A DNA stretch of 64,000 nucleotides from an uncultured archaeon (GTDB taxonomy: Archaea > Iainarchaeota > Iainarchaeia > Iainarchaeales > 1-14-0-10-31-34). Position 1 is the first letter of the stretch; each line of letters begins with the position of its first letter. The notes beneath the pieces were generated by a model that saw nothing but the letters and a program-made list of their open reading frames with translations, was not told the origin of the DNA and did no database searches. This document shows, piece after piece, positions 1 through 9,451 of the stretch. A program made the translations under genes and the position numbers. The stretch covers positions 31,226 to 95,225 of the forward strand of contig CAZSOZ010000004.1 in the NCBI GenBank assembly GCA_964608675.1. Reading direction: 5' to 3'.

Positions 1-651
1 TTTTTTTTCTGAAGTCCGCAAAACCGTTTTCAATGATTCTGCTTTCTGCTTCGGTTTTTCCTGCTAATTCCATGAATTCTTTTTCTTTTTCTCCTGCACT
101 TTTTTCTCCTAAATTTACTTCAAGGCTTTTATGCTTTAATTTTTCGTATTTTTCTCTTAAGTTTTCTAATTCTTTTTCTTTTGTTTGAAGCAAATTTAAT
201 ATATTTTTTGCTGTAGCTTTTTCTTGTTCAGGGGTAATTCTTTCTTTTATTGCATGCAAATGAACTCTTTCTATTGCAAACCTTGTTTTTAACAGCAGGG
301 ACATTATTTTTTCTCCGACAAAAGCATATAATTCTGGCACTTCAGTTTTGTCTTTTAAGTCAAATGGAATTTCTTTTTTTGCTTCTTCTAATGCAATGTT
401 TCTTCTTAATGAAATAAGTGTTTTGCTGTAAGCTTTAATTAATGGAGTTAAATCAGGGGAATCCACTGAAGGTTCTTTTTCTATTCTTTTATGGAGTTCT
501 TCAATTATTTCAAGTATTTCTTCTAGTCTTGCAATGGTTTTGTTTACTGCGTGAACAAAGATTTTTCTTGAATAATGCTTCCATTCGTTTGAAGTAATAC
601 TTTCGTGCAGTTCGTTTGCTTTATACAGCAATTTATCAAGAATGTTTTCCA
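1..651 (-). CDS. Partial CDS: the N-terminal ~217 aa of a hypothetical protein whose gene runs off the left edge of the window (starts MENILDKLLYKANELHES..., coiled-coil, KE-rich).
   Basis: There is an open minus-strand frame from the ATG at 649-651 to position 1. It is not in the ORF track because it has no stop inside the window. No recognisable catalytic motif. Confidence 0.4.
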
Positions 652-710
652 TAATCCCATATTTATTTCATCCTTTTAGTTTATATTTTTATTCCATTTT
701 TTCTTTTTTT

Positions 711-1697
711 ATGGTTAAAATAAAGCACGATAAAGGATTCTTGTTTGGTGAAACAGTAATTGACCCGCATGTTTGTTCGGTTAAAAGAAAAAATTTTATT
801 ATTTCTCATGCTCATTCGGATCATGCAAAAGTTTCCAGAGCAAAAGAAAAAACTTTTTTTATGACTCCTGAAACAAAGAAATTAATTGCTTCAAGGCAGA
901 AAAAAGAATTTAATTGCAGTGAATCGGTTTTCAAAAAAAAGTTTGTGTTGGATGAAAACGAGTTTGTTTTTTTTCATTCAGGGCATATTCTTGGAAGCTC
1001 TCAGATTCAAATTAATTCAGGGGAAATTGTGTTTACTTCAGATTTCAAGTTAAGTGATTCTGTTTTGTTTAAAGGCGCAGAAGTTTTGGAGGCTGAAACT
1101 TTGGTGGTGGAATCAACTTTTGGTTTGCCTGAATATGTTTTTCCTGAAAGAAAAAAAGTTTATGAACAAATAGAAAAATGGGGCAAACAGGAATTAAAGG
1201 AAAACAGGCTTTTAGTTTTGGGAGGTTATTCTGTGGGAAAAGCACAGGAGTTAACTAAGATTTCAAATGTTTTTTTGAATGAAACGCCTTTGATTCATCA
1301 GGCAATTCTGAAACCTAATCAAGTGTATGAAGAGCATGGAGTTAATTTAGGAAAATTTGAGTTGTTGAATCATAACTTAAAGGATTTTAATGTTTTGATT
1401 ATGCCTCCTCATTTAATGAATCCTGATTTAATTAAGGCTTTGGAGATTTCTTGTGGAAGAAATGTTTCTCCTGCTGTTTTTTCTGGTTGGAATGGTTTTT
1501 ATGGAACAAAATCGTTTCCTTTGTCTGATCACGCAGATTTTAATCAGTTAATTGAATACGTAAGAGAATCAGGGGCAAAAAATGTTTTGACTCATCATGG
1601 TTTTGCAGAAGAATTTGCTTTGTCTTTAAGAAGAAAACTTGGAGTTAATGCAAGGCCTTTGAATGGAAATTCTCAGAGTTGTCTGCTGGATTTTTAA
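711..1697 (+). CDS. Metallo-beta-lactamase-fold hydrolase (beta-CASP-like). The likely start is MVKIKHDKG at 711 rather than the track start at 642.
   Basis: Contains the HxHxDH motif (ISHAHSDHA) typical of the MBL fold. The track start at 642 would overlap the start of the divergent upstream gene. Confidence 0.55.
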   Translation: MVKIKHDKGFLFGETVIDPHVCSVKRKNFIISHAHSDHAKVSRAKEKTFFMTPETKKLIASRQKKEFNCSESVFKKKFVLDENEFVFFHSGHILGSSQIQINSGEIVFTSDFKLSDSVLFKGAEVLEAETLVVESTFGLPEYVFPERKKVYEQIEKWGKQELKENRLLVLGGYSVGKAQELTKISNVFLNETPLIHQAILKPNQVYEEHGVNLGKFELLNHNLKDFNVLIMPPHLMNPDLIKALEISCGRNVSPAVFSGWNGFYGTKSFPLSDHADFNQLIEYVRESGAKNVLTHHGFAEEFALSLRRKLGVNARPLNGNSQSCLLDF

Positions 1698-1738
1698 AAC
1701 AGAAAACATTAAGTATTTCTTTGAACTATTGATTTATT

Positions 1739-2914
1739 ATGATTGATTCAAATTTGTTGTTGTTTTTTGTTGTAGTTTTGTTTGCTTTTGTTTTTGGCGA
1801 AATTTTTTACAGGTTTCATTTGCCAAGAATTATCGGGCAAATTTTTGCAGGCCTTGTTTTGGGTTTGCCTTTTTGGACTCAAATTTTTTCTTTGGAAAGC
1901 AATCAAATGATTTTGGTTTTATCTGAATTGGGCATAATTTTTTTATTGATTTTAACTGGATTGGAAATTGATTTAAGCAGATTAAAGCAGTGCTCTAAGG
2001 AAGTTTTTTTTATTTCTTTTTTTTCTGTTTTAATTCCTTTTATTTTTGGTTTTATTTTTGTTTTTTTGGTTTATAATTCTTTGATTTTTGCTTTTATTGG
2101 AGGAGCTGCTTTGTCTGTTACTTCTGAGGCAACTAAATCTATTACTTTAATGAAAAAAAATGTTTTTAGAACTAATTTAGGGGAAATAATGGTTTTATCT
2201 GGGGCAATAAATGTTATTTTTGAATTAGTTTTTTTGTCTTTGCTTTTGTTTTTTGTAGGAGAAACTTCTGGAAGAGATTTGGCTTTAATTCCTATTGAAA
2301 TGATTGGTTTTTTGGTTGCAGTTTTTATTGCATTAAAGCTTCTGCCAAAATTTGTTGCTTTGTTTAAGCAGGAAAGTGAAGATGAATATTTTTCTTTGGC
2401 TTTATTGATTGCTTTTGGAATTGCTTTTTTGGCTTCTTTGCTTTCATTAGGAACCATTATAGGGGCTTTGGTTGCAGGGCTTTTATTAAGAAAGGCATTT
2501 AAATCAGAAAAAGTAGAGCATGCAATTGAAAACCATTTAAGGGTTTTGACGTTTGCTTTAATTATTCCTTTTTTTCATTTGCATATTGGATTAAATTTTG
2601 CTTTTGAATCGCTTGTTTTGAATCCTTTAATTATTTTTGCGGTGTTAATTATTGCTTTTTCTGGAAAAATAATTGGAACTTTAATTACAAAGCCTTTTTC
2701 TGTGCTTTCATCGAAACAACTTATTTTAGTAGGGTGGGGAATGAATTCAAGGGGGTTTATGGAATTAATTATTTTGTCTATTGTTTTAAGAAGTCAAATA
2801 AGTTTTCCTGAAGAACTTTATACGGCAATTGTTTTTATGACAATAATTACAACAATTGCTTTTCCTATTGCATTAGATTATTATTTAAAAAAATATCCTA
2901 ACATAATGAATTAA
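1739..2914 (+). CDS. Cation:proton antiporter (CPA/Kef/NhaP-like Na+/H+ exchanger family).
   Basis: Polytopic hydrophobic protein with around 11-12 predicted TM segments and a typical Na_H exchanger layout. Confidence 0.55.
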   Translation: MIDSNLLLFFVVVLFAFVFGEIFYRFHLPRIIGQIFAGLVLGLPFWTQIFSLESNQMILVLSELGIIFLLILTGLEIDLSRLKQCSKEVFFISFFSVLIPFIFGFIFVFLVYNSLIFAFIGGAALSVTSEATKSITLMKKNVFRTNLGEIMVLSGAINVIFELVFLSLLLFFVGETSGRDLALIPIEMIGFLVAVFIALKLLPKFVALFKQESEDEYFSLALLIAFGIAFLASLLSLGTIIGALVAGLLLRKAFKSEKVEHAIENHLRVLTFALIIPFFHLHIGLNFAFESLVLNPLIIFAVLIIAFSGKIIGTLITKPFSVLSSKQLILVGWGMNSRGFMELIILSIVLRSQISFPEELYTAIVFMTIITTIAFPIALDYYLKKYPNIMN

Positions 2915-2926
2915 TTTAATTGTTTT

Positions 2927-3646
2927 TTGCAGTTAATTTTTTTTATGAACCCCAAAAAACTTTACGAAAAACTGTTTTTTGTTTATGGAGAACAAAAATG
3001 GTGGCCTATAACAGATAATAAAAAAATTTTTCCTGAATACCTTGAAAGGAAATCTTTAACAGAAAAACAGAAGCTTGAAGTGTGTTTTGGAGCAATTTTA
3101 ACGCAGAATACTTCTTGGAGAAACGTGGAAAAAGTAGTAATTCAGCTGAATAAAAATAATTTAATTGACGCAAAAAAAATTTTAAAAACAAGAAAAGAAA
3201 AATTATCTGAATTAATTAAAAGTGCAGGATACTTTAATCAGAAAACAGTTTATTTGAAAGAATTTTGCAGGCATTTAAAGAAATACGATTTTTCAGTTAA
3301 CTCTTTTTTTGTTAATTCAAGTGATTTAAGAACTGAATTGCTTTCAATTAAGGGAATAGGAAAAGAAACAGCAGATTCTATTTTATTGTATTCTGCAGGA
3401 AAACCTTTTTTTGTAGTTGATGCTTACACTAAAAGAATAATGGAAAGATTAACAGGAAAACAGGAAAATAATTATGATGTTTTGCAGGATTTATTTTATT
3501 CATCTTTGGAGAAAAATGCTTTTTTGTTTAATGAATTTCATGCTTTGCTTGTAGAGCACGCAAAACAGTTTTGTCAAAAAAAACCTTTATGCAAAAATTG
3601 TTTTCTGAAAAAAGAGTGTTTTTCTGCAAAAAGCAATTTATTTTAA
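2927..3646 (+). CDS. HhH-GPD superfamily DNA glycosylase (endonuclease III-like).
   Basis: Helix-hairpin-helix and Gly/Pro-rich loop with Asp (LSIKGIGKETADSILLYS...VVDAYTKRI). C-terminal Cx6CxxCx5C 4Fe-4S loop (CQKKPLCKNCFLKKEC). Confidence 0.7.
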   Translation: MQLIFFMNPKKLYEKLFFVYGEQKWWPITDNKKIFPEYLERKSLTEKQKLEVCFGAILTQNTSWRNVEKVVIQLNKNNLIDAKKILKTRKEKLSELIKSAGYFNQKTVYLKEFCRHLKKYDFSVNSFFVNSSDLRTELLSIKGIGKETADSILLYSAGKPFFVVDAYTKRIMERLTGKQENNYDVLQDLFYSSLEKNAFLFNEFHALLVEHAKQFCQKKPLCKNCFLKKECFSAKSNLF

Positions 3647-3681
3647 AATGAAACTCTCTATAAAATAGAAAGAGTGGTTAA

Positions 3682-5082
3682 ATGAAGAGAACTCATTATT
3701 GCGGGGAACTGGCTGAAAAAGATGAAGGAAAAAAAGTTGTTTTAGAAGGCTGGATTCACAGCATAAGAAACCAGAAAAAATTTGCTTTTATTGATTTAAG
3801 GGATAGAACAGGTTTTACTCAGTTGTTTGTTTCAAAAAAAGATAAAAAAACACAGGAAATGGTTGATTCTTTTTTGAATGAATTTGTTTTAAGAATTCAC
3901 GGCATAGTAAAAAAAAGACCTGATCCTAATCTAAAGATTTCCACAGGCAAAATTGAAGTTAGTGTTCAGGGAATTCAAGTTTTGAATCCTTCAAAACCTG
4001 TTCCTTTTGCTGTTGAAGATGAAGTGAAAGCAAACGAGGACACAAGATTAAAGTACAGGTATTTGGATTTAAGAAGGCCTAAAATGTTTCAGAATCTGCT
4101 GTTAAGACATAAGGTAATTAAAACAATGAGAGATTTTTTTGATTCACAGGGTTTTCTTGAAGTTGAAACCCCTGAATTATCAAAGAGCACTCCTGAAGGC
4201 GCAAGAGATTATTTGATTCCAAGCAGAAAATTTCAAGGCAAATTTTTTGCTTTGCCTCAAAGCCCGCAGATTTACAAACAGCTTTTGATGGTTGCAGGAA
4301 TAGATAAATATTTTCAGATTGCAAAATGTTTTCGTGATGAAGATTTAAGAGGGGATCGTCAGCCTGAATTCACTCAATTGGATTTGGAAATGAGTTTTGT
4401 TGAAGAAGAAGACATTTATTCTTTAATAGAAAAAATGATGCAGTATGTTTTTGAAAAAGCATTGAATGAAAAAATAAAGATTCCTTTTCCTAGAATGGCT
4501 TATGCTGAAGCAGTTAAAAAATATAAGACAGATAAACCTGATACAAGAAAAGAAACAAAACAAAAGCATTCTTTTTTGTGGGTAATTGATTTTCCTTTGT
4601 TTGAAGAAAATGAATTAAAACAGGTTGTACCTTGTCATCATCCTTTTACTCAATACAACAAAGAAGACGAAAAATTGTTTGATTCAAGAAACAAAAATGA
4701 ATTGTGTTCGATTAGAAGCCGTTCCTATGATTTGGTTTTGAATGGAACAGAATTAGGAAGCGGTTCAATAAGAATTTATAATCAGGGCTCCCAGCAAAAA
4801 ATATTTGATTTTTTAGGGATAACTAAAAAAGAAGCAGAACAAAAATTTGGTTTTCTGCTTAAAGCATTTCAGTATGGTTGTCCTCCTCATGGGGGTTTTG
4901 CAATAGGATTAGACAGACTGTTAATGATTTTAACTGAAAGCATTTCCATAAGAGAGGTAATTGCTTTTCCAAAAAACAAGCATAATGTTTCTTTGATGGA
5001 GGAAGCTCCAAGCACTGTTGAAAAAGAGCAGTTAGATGAACTTGGAATCAAAATAAAAAAAGAAAAAAAAGAATTAGAATAA
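3682..5082 (+). CDS. aspS: Aspartyl-tRNA synthetase, bacterial-type core lacking the GAD insertion domain.
   Basis: Class II motifs QSPQIYKQLL, CFRDEDLRGDRQPEFTQLDLEMSF and GLDRLLMIL are present. At 466 aa it is too short to hold a GAD domain. Confidence 0.8.
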   Translation: MKRTHYCGELAEKDEGKKVVLEGWIHSIRNQKKFAFIDLRDRTGFTQLFVSKKDKKTQEMVDSFLNEFVLRIHGIVKKRPDPNLKISTGKIEVSVQGIQVLNPSKPVPFAVEDEVKANEDTRLKYRYLDLRRPKMFQNLLLRHKVIKTMRDFFDSQGFLEVETPELSKSTPEGARDYLIPSRKFQGKFFALPQSPQIYKQLLMVAGIDKYFQIAKCFRDEDLRGDRQPEFTQLDLEMSFVEEEDIYSLIEKMMQYVFEKALNEKIKIPFPRMAYAEAVKKYKTDKPDTRKETKQKHSFLWVIDFPLFEENELKQVVPCHHPFTQYNKEDEKLFDSRNKNELCSIRSRSYDLVLNGTELGSGSIRIYNQGSQQKIFDFLGITKKEAEQKFGFLLKAFQYGCPPHGGFAIGLDRLLMILTESISIREVIAFPKNKHNVSLMEEAPSTVEKEQLDELGIKIKKEKKELE

Positions 5083-5117
5083 AAAAAAAATTTGACTGCT
5101 CTGGCAAAGAAATGCTG

Positions 5118-5576
5118 TTATTCTGTTTCCTCTAATACAATCATTGTAATAGTTTTGTCTATTCCTTCAATGTTTCTGAGTTTTTTTGTTATAAAACTGT
5201 TTAATTGCTGGACGTTTTTTGTTCTGACTTTAATCATTAAATCCATTTCTCCTGTAATTATGTCTGCTGATTCAACAAATGGAAGCCTTGAAATTTTTTT
5301 TGCTATTTCCTGTTGTGAAATTTTGTGTTTTAAATTATAGTTTACGTTAGCCATAATGTAAGCGCACAATTTTAATCCCATTTTGTGGGGGTCTATTTCA
5401 ATTGAATATTTTTTGATTATTCCCTGTTCTTTTAATTTTTTTATTTTGTTGTGGACGGTAGTTAAGGGAATTTTTGTTTTTTTTGAAATCTGCCTTGAAG
5501 AAAGTTTGCTGTTTTTTTTCAAAAACTCAAGAATCTGCTCGCTTTTGTCGGAAATTTGTTCGCTTTTTTTAGGCAT
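5118..5576 (-). CDS. Lrp/AsnC-family transcriptional regulator. The start is probably MPKKSEQ at 5576; the track ORF extends to 5636.
   Basis: N-terminal HTH (LSSRQISKKTKIPLTTVHNKIKKLKEQGIIKKY) with a C-terminal RAM-like domain. It is divergent from the asnA-like gene. Confidence 0.6.
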   Translation of the reverse strand: MPKKSEQISDKSEQILEFLKKNSKLSSRQISKKTKIPLTTVHNKIKKLKEQGIIKKYSIEIDPHKMGLKLCAYIMANVNYNLKHKISQQEIAKKISRLPFVESADIITGEMDLMIKVRTKNVQQLNSFITKKLRNIEGIDKTITMIVLEETE

Positions 5577-5694
5577 AATGGAACAAATGTTCCAAAAAGC
5601 ATTTAAATTATTGTATTTTTTAGAATTTTTTTCCATTTTTTTGGGATTTTTCTTATATAGTTCTTTGTGCAGTATTATTTCAGGTGATTTTTTT

Positions 5695-6612
5695 ATGCAG
5701 AAAACTTTGATTCATTTAAAGAAACCTGAATTAAGGGAAATAATGAAAATTCAGTCTGCTGCATTGAAAGCAGTTGACACTTTTATGTATTCGCGGGAAA
5801 TTTTGCATTTAATGCCTGTGATGCTTTCTCCTGTGACTGACCCTTTAAACCATGATGTTTATGATTCTTCAATTGATTATTTGGGGCAGAAACTTCAGTT
5901 AACTAAAAGCATGATTCTTCATAAACAGCTTGCAATGCTTTCTGATTCAATTAAGGGAATTTATATTGTTTCTCCTAACGTAAGGCTGGAGTTTGAATCC
6001 TGCAGTAAAAGCGGAAGGCATTTAATTGAATTTTCTCAGATTGACGTTGAATTAGCAGGAGCTTCTGCTAAAAATTTCATGGATTTCACTGAAGACCTTT
6101 ATTCTTATGTTTTTTCTTTTGTTAAACAGGAATGCAGAGAGGAACTTGAAAAACTTGACAGAAAAATTTTTGTTCCATCAAGTCCTTTTAAAGTATTTGA
6201 TTCAACTGAATTAAAGAATGAATTCGGAGAAGACTTTGAAAAAGTTGTTTCAAAAAAAGAAAAATATCCTTTTTGGATTACTGATCATTTTAGGGAATTT
6301 TACGATAAACAGGATGAAAAAACAGGAAAGCATATAAACTATGATTTGGTTTATCCTGAAGGATTCGGCGAAGCTTTGTCTGGAGGAGAAAGAGAATTTG
6401 AATTCAATACAATAAAGAAAAAAATGCTGGAAAGAAAAATGGATTTAAGTTCTTATCAAGCTTATCTGGCTGTAGCAAAAAAAGGGTTTTTGAAGCCGAC
6501 TGCAGGAGGCGGTTTTGGAGTTGAAAGGCTTGTAAGATTTTTGTCCGGAAAAAAACACATCAGGGACGCAGTTCTTTTTCCTCGTGTTCCTGGAGAAAAA
6601 ATAGTTTTATAG
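5695..6612 (+). CDS. asnA: Archaeal-type asparagine synthetase A-like protein (class II aaRS catalytic core without anticodon-binding domain; aspartate-ammonia ligase).
   Basis: AspRS/AsnRS-like motifs (HFREFYD, GGGFGVERLVRFL) are present but there is no N-terminal OB-fold domain. The listed 409-aa ORF has an N-terminal extension that is antisense to the regulator, so the start was taken at MQKTLIHLKKPE (5695). Confidence 0.55.
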   Translation: MQKTLIHLKKPELREIMKIQSAALKAVDTFMYSREILHLMPVMLSPVTDPLNHDVYDSSIDYLGQKLQLTKSMILHKQLAMLSDSIKGIYIVSPNVRLEFESCSKSGRHLIEFSQIDVELAGASAKNFMDFTEDLYSYVFSFVKQECREELEKLDRKIFVPSSPFKVFDSTELKNEFGEDFEKVVSKKEKYPFWITDHFREFYDKQDEKTGKHINYDLVYPEGFGEALSGGEREFEFNTIKKKMLERKMDLSSYQAYLAVAKKGFLKPTAGGGFGVERLVRFLSGKKHIRDAVLFPRVPGEKIVL

Positions 6613-6663
6613 CGTTAATTCCTTTAAAAATATTAATGCATTTAAATTTATGAAAGTGGTTTA

Positions 6664-7959
6664 ATGAAAAAAGAATTTGTTTCAGTAAAGGAAGCCTTGA
6701 AAAAAAAAGGCAGTGTTTCGGTCAGAGGCTGGATTAAACGTAAAAGAGAATTAAAGGAAAAAATTTTTGTTTTGCTGAGGGATGAATCAGGTGAACTCCA
6801 GTGCATTGTTGAATCCGAAAAAATAAATAAAAAGGATTTTGAAGAACTTCAAAAGAATTCAATTGAAGCTTCAATTGAATTAACTGGTAAATTAAAGGAA
6901 GATAAAAGAGCTCCAAACGGATGTGAATTAATTGCTGATGACTTAAAGATTGTTGGTTCAAGCGAAAACTTTCCTATTCAAAAAGATTTAAGCGAAGAAT
7001 TTTTGTTGGATGTAAGGCATTTGTGGATGAGAAGCAGTAAAATGACTGCAATAATGAAAATCCGTTCCACTATATTGTATGCAGTAAGAGAGTTTTATAA
7101 AAAAGAGGGCTATTTTGAATGCAGTCCTGCAATTATTACTCCTAATGCTTGTGAAGGCGGAACAACTTTGTTTCCTTTGAATTATTTTGGTGAAAAAAGA
7201 TTTTTGTCTCAGTCAGGGCAAATGTATTTAGAGGTAATGATTTTTTCTTTAAGAAAAGTTTTTGGTTTAACTCCTTCTTTTCGTGCAGAAAAATCCAAGA
7301 CCGCAAGGCATTTAACAGAATACTGGCATCTTGAAGGAGAATGTGCTTGGATGAATATGGAAGACCAAATGCATGAAATAGAAAAAATGGTTTCTTTTGT
7401 ATGCAAAAAAGTTTCAGAAGAAAACCCTGAAGAATTAAAGGTTTTGGAAAGAAAAACTGAAGACCTGAAAGCAATTAGGGTGCCGTTTGCAAGAATTTCT
7501 TATGATGAAGCTTTGGATGTCTTGGAAAAAAAACATAAAAAGAAAATTCCTTGGGGATCTGACTTAAGCATTAAAGAAGAAAAACTTTTATCAAAAGACG
7601 AAAAAATTCCTTTTTTTATTTATGGTTATCCAACTGAAATAAAGGCTTTTTATGCCAAAGAAATTCCTGAAGACAAAAAGAAATGTTTTTCTTTTGATTT
7701 AATTGGCCCTGAAGGCTATGGTGAATTGTGCACTGGAGGCCAAAGAGAAGACATAAACGAAAACATGCTGAAAAAATTAAAGAAAGAAAAACTTCCTTTG
7801 GAAAACTATAACTGGTATCTCGATTTAAGAAAATATGGAAGTGTTCCTCATTCAGGTTTTGGCATTGGAATTGAAAGATTGTTGAGATGGATTTGCAGAC
7901 TGGATTCAATTAAAGACACAATTCCTTTTCCAAGAACAATGAACAGAAGTTATCCATAA
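6664..7959 (+). CDS. asnS: Asparaginyl-tRNA synthetase.
   Basis: PSFRAEKSKTARHLTEYWHLEGE, GGQRED and NYNWYLDLRKYGSVPHSGFGIGIERL...IPFPRT motifs match AsnRS closely; compare E. coli [26 protein letters not shown]. Confidence 0.85.
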   Translation: MKKEFVSVKEALKKKGSVSVRGWIKRKRELKEKIFVLLRDESGELQCIVESEKINKKDFEELQKNSIEASIELTGKLKEDKRAPNGCELIADDLKIVGSSENFPIQKDLSEEFLLDVRHLWMRSSKMTAIMKIRSTILYAVREFYKKEGYFECSPAIITPNACEGGTTLFPLNYFGEKRFLSQSGQMYLEVMIFSLRKVFGLTPSFRAEKSKTARHLTEYWHLEGECAWMNMEDQMHEIEKMVSFVCKKVSEENPEELKVLERKTEDLKAIRVPFARISYDEALDVLEKKHKKKIPWGSDLSIKEEKLLSKDEKIPFFIYGYPTEIKAFYAKEIPEDKKKCFSFDLIGPEGYGELCTGGQREDINENMLKKLKKEKLPLENYNWYLDLRKYGSVPHSGFGIGIERLLRWICRLDSIKDTIPFPRTMNRSYP

Positions 7960-7972
7960 AAAAAATTTGAGT

Positions 7973-8566
7973 TCAGCCGGTTTTTCTGTATCCTTTTTTT
8001 CTTTCTTCCATTTTATGTCTTATCATTCTTATGTCTGTTATGTTTCCTTTAATGCTTCTTTTTGATTTGTTCCTTCCTTTTTGTCCGGTTTTAATTAAGT
8101 GTTCAAGTCTTTTCCATTCAGAGGATTTAACAGTTATTCCTTCCTGATAAAATTTTAAAAGAAGCTTAAATAATTCTGCTTTTTCTGCTTGATTTAATTT
8201 CAGTTTTCTGAATCTTATTGGAAGCATTCCTTGTTCTAATGACTGCATTATTTCATGCATTGCTCTTTGGTTTTCAGGCAAAAGTTTTATTTCTGCAACA
8301 CTTTCAATGCTTTCTTTTGGATTTCCTTTCCTTGTTTTTCCTTCTTTTACAGTTAATTTTTCAAATTGTCTTGCAGCTTTAATGAATTGTTCTCTTGCTG
8401 CTTTTTTCATTTGATTTAATTTTCTTTTAGTTGCCTGTCTGTAGGCTCTTCTTGCAAGGCTTCTTGCAGGCTTTCTTACTTTTCCAGGAGGCATAATTAA
8501 TTCAAAAGTGAAAGTGATTAAATAAGTTTTTGTATTTTTTATTAATGGATGTATTTGGAAGAGCAT
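7973..8566 (-). CDS. Hypothetical very basic (K/R-rich) protein, possibly nucleic-acid binding. The start may be MPPGKV at about 8494.
   Basis: ORF with strong basic bias and no identifiable motif. Confidence 0.3.
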   Translation of the reverse strand: MLFQIHPLIKNTKTYLITFTFELIMPPGKVRKPARSLARRAYRQATKRKLNQMKKAAREQFIKAARQFEKLTVKEGKTRKGNPKESIESVAEIKLLPENQRAMHEIMQSLEQGMLPIRFRKLKLNQAEKAELFKLLLKFYQEGITVKSSEWKRLEHLIKTGQKGRNKSKRSIKGNITDIRMIRHKMEERKKGYRKTG

Positions 8567-9451
8567 TTGGACGGCATAGACAAGGAAATAAAGGAAATTA
8601 TATTGTGTGTTGCTGAAAAATCAAAAAAAATTCAAAAATCTTTTTTTAGTCATAATAAGCTTGCTGGTTCAAAGAACATTTATGGAGAACACCAGCTTGA
8701 ATTAGACAAACTTGCAGACAAAATGATTTTGAATGCAATGGAAGAATCCAACAGAGTAAAATCAATGGTTTCTGAAGAACAGAATGAAATAATTCACATA
8801 GAAAAATCTGAGGGAAGTTATGGTGTTGTTGTCGACCCTTTAGATGGAGTAAGCTGTCTTCAAACTAATCTTGCAGTAGGAACAATTTTGGGTGTTTTTG
8901 ATGAAGGAAACATTATGGAAAAAGGAAAAAAAATGGATGCAGCAATGTATGTTTTGTACGGCCCCCAAACAAGTTTGGTTTATACTGCAAAAAAAGGAGT
9001 TCATGAATTTGTTTTGAATCCAAAAGCAAAATTTGTTTTAAGAGCAGAAAACATTAAGATTCCTGAAAAAGGATTAATTTATGGTTCAGGAGGAATCAGA
9101 AAAGACTGGACAAAAAATCACTGCAAGTTTATTGAAGAATTAGAAAAACAAAATTATAAAGTTCGTTTCAGCGGTTCTTTTACTGCGGATTTCCAGCAGG
9201 TTTTAATGTACGGCGGGCTTTTTTGTTATCCTGAAACAAAATCTCTTCCTAAAGGAAAGCTTAGGCTTTTATTTGAATGCAATCCTATTGCTTTTATTGC
9301 CAAGCATGCAAAAGGAAATTCCACTAATGGAAAAAAATCAATTTTGGAAATAAAACCGGAAAAAATTTCAGATAGGACTCCAGTTTATGTTGGAGGAAAA
9401 AAAGAAATTGAATTAACAGAAAAATTTTTAGGAGGAAAAACAAATGTCTAA
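8549..9451 (+). CDS. fbp: Fructose-1,6-bisphosphatase, class I (bacterial/eukaryal type).
   Basis: VVVDPLDGVSCLQTNLAVGTILGV matches the FBPase I metal-binding motif DPLDGSSN. GGIRKDW and YGGLFCYP correspond to the conserved C-terminal blocks. Confidence 0.7.
   Translation: MYLEEHLDGIDKEIKEIILCVAEKSKKIQKSFFSHNKLAGSKNIYGEHQLELDKLADKMILNAMEESNRVKSMVSEEQNEIIHIEKSEGSYGVVVDPLDGVSCLQTNLAVGTILGVFDEGNIMEKGKKMDAAMYVLYGPQTSLVYTAKKGVHEFVLNPKAKFVLRAENIKIPEKGLIYGSGGIRKDWTKNHCKFIEELEKQNYKVRFSGSFTADFQQVLMYGGLFCYPETKSLPKGKLRLLFECNPIAFIAKHAKGNSTNGKKSILEIKPEKISDRTPVYVGGKKEIELTEKFLGGKTNV

Noticed and set aside
2071-2457. 128-aa minus-strand ORF inside the antiporter gene. Similar antisense ORFs occur at 23271..23687, 13952..14173, 31852..32274, 40942..41472, 48498..49064, 3006..3191 and 4118..4324.
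   Set aside because: Each lies entirely within a well-supported gene on the opposite strand and has a biased, non-protein-like composition.
5383-5694. N-terminal 104 codons of the 409-aa track ORF upstream of the AsnA-like gene.
   Set aside because: Low-complexity hydrophobic translation that is antisense to the Lrp/AsnC gene. The aaRS-like domain begins at MQKTLIHLKKPE (5695), which gives the ~305 aa expected for archaeal AsnA.
6664-7959. Considered archaeal-type AspRS rather than AsnRS for this gene.
   Set aside because: GGQRED and the C-terminal YWWY-like/PHSGFGIGIERL/IPFPRT blocks match AsnRS specifically. A separate AspRS is already present at 3682..5082.
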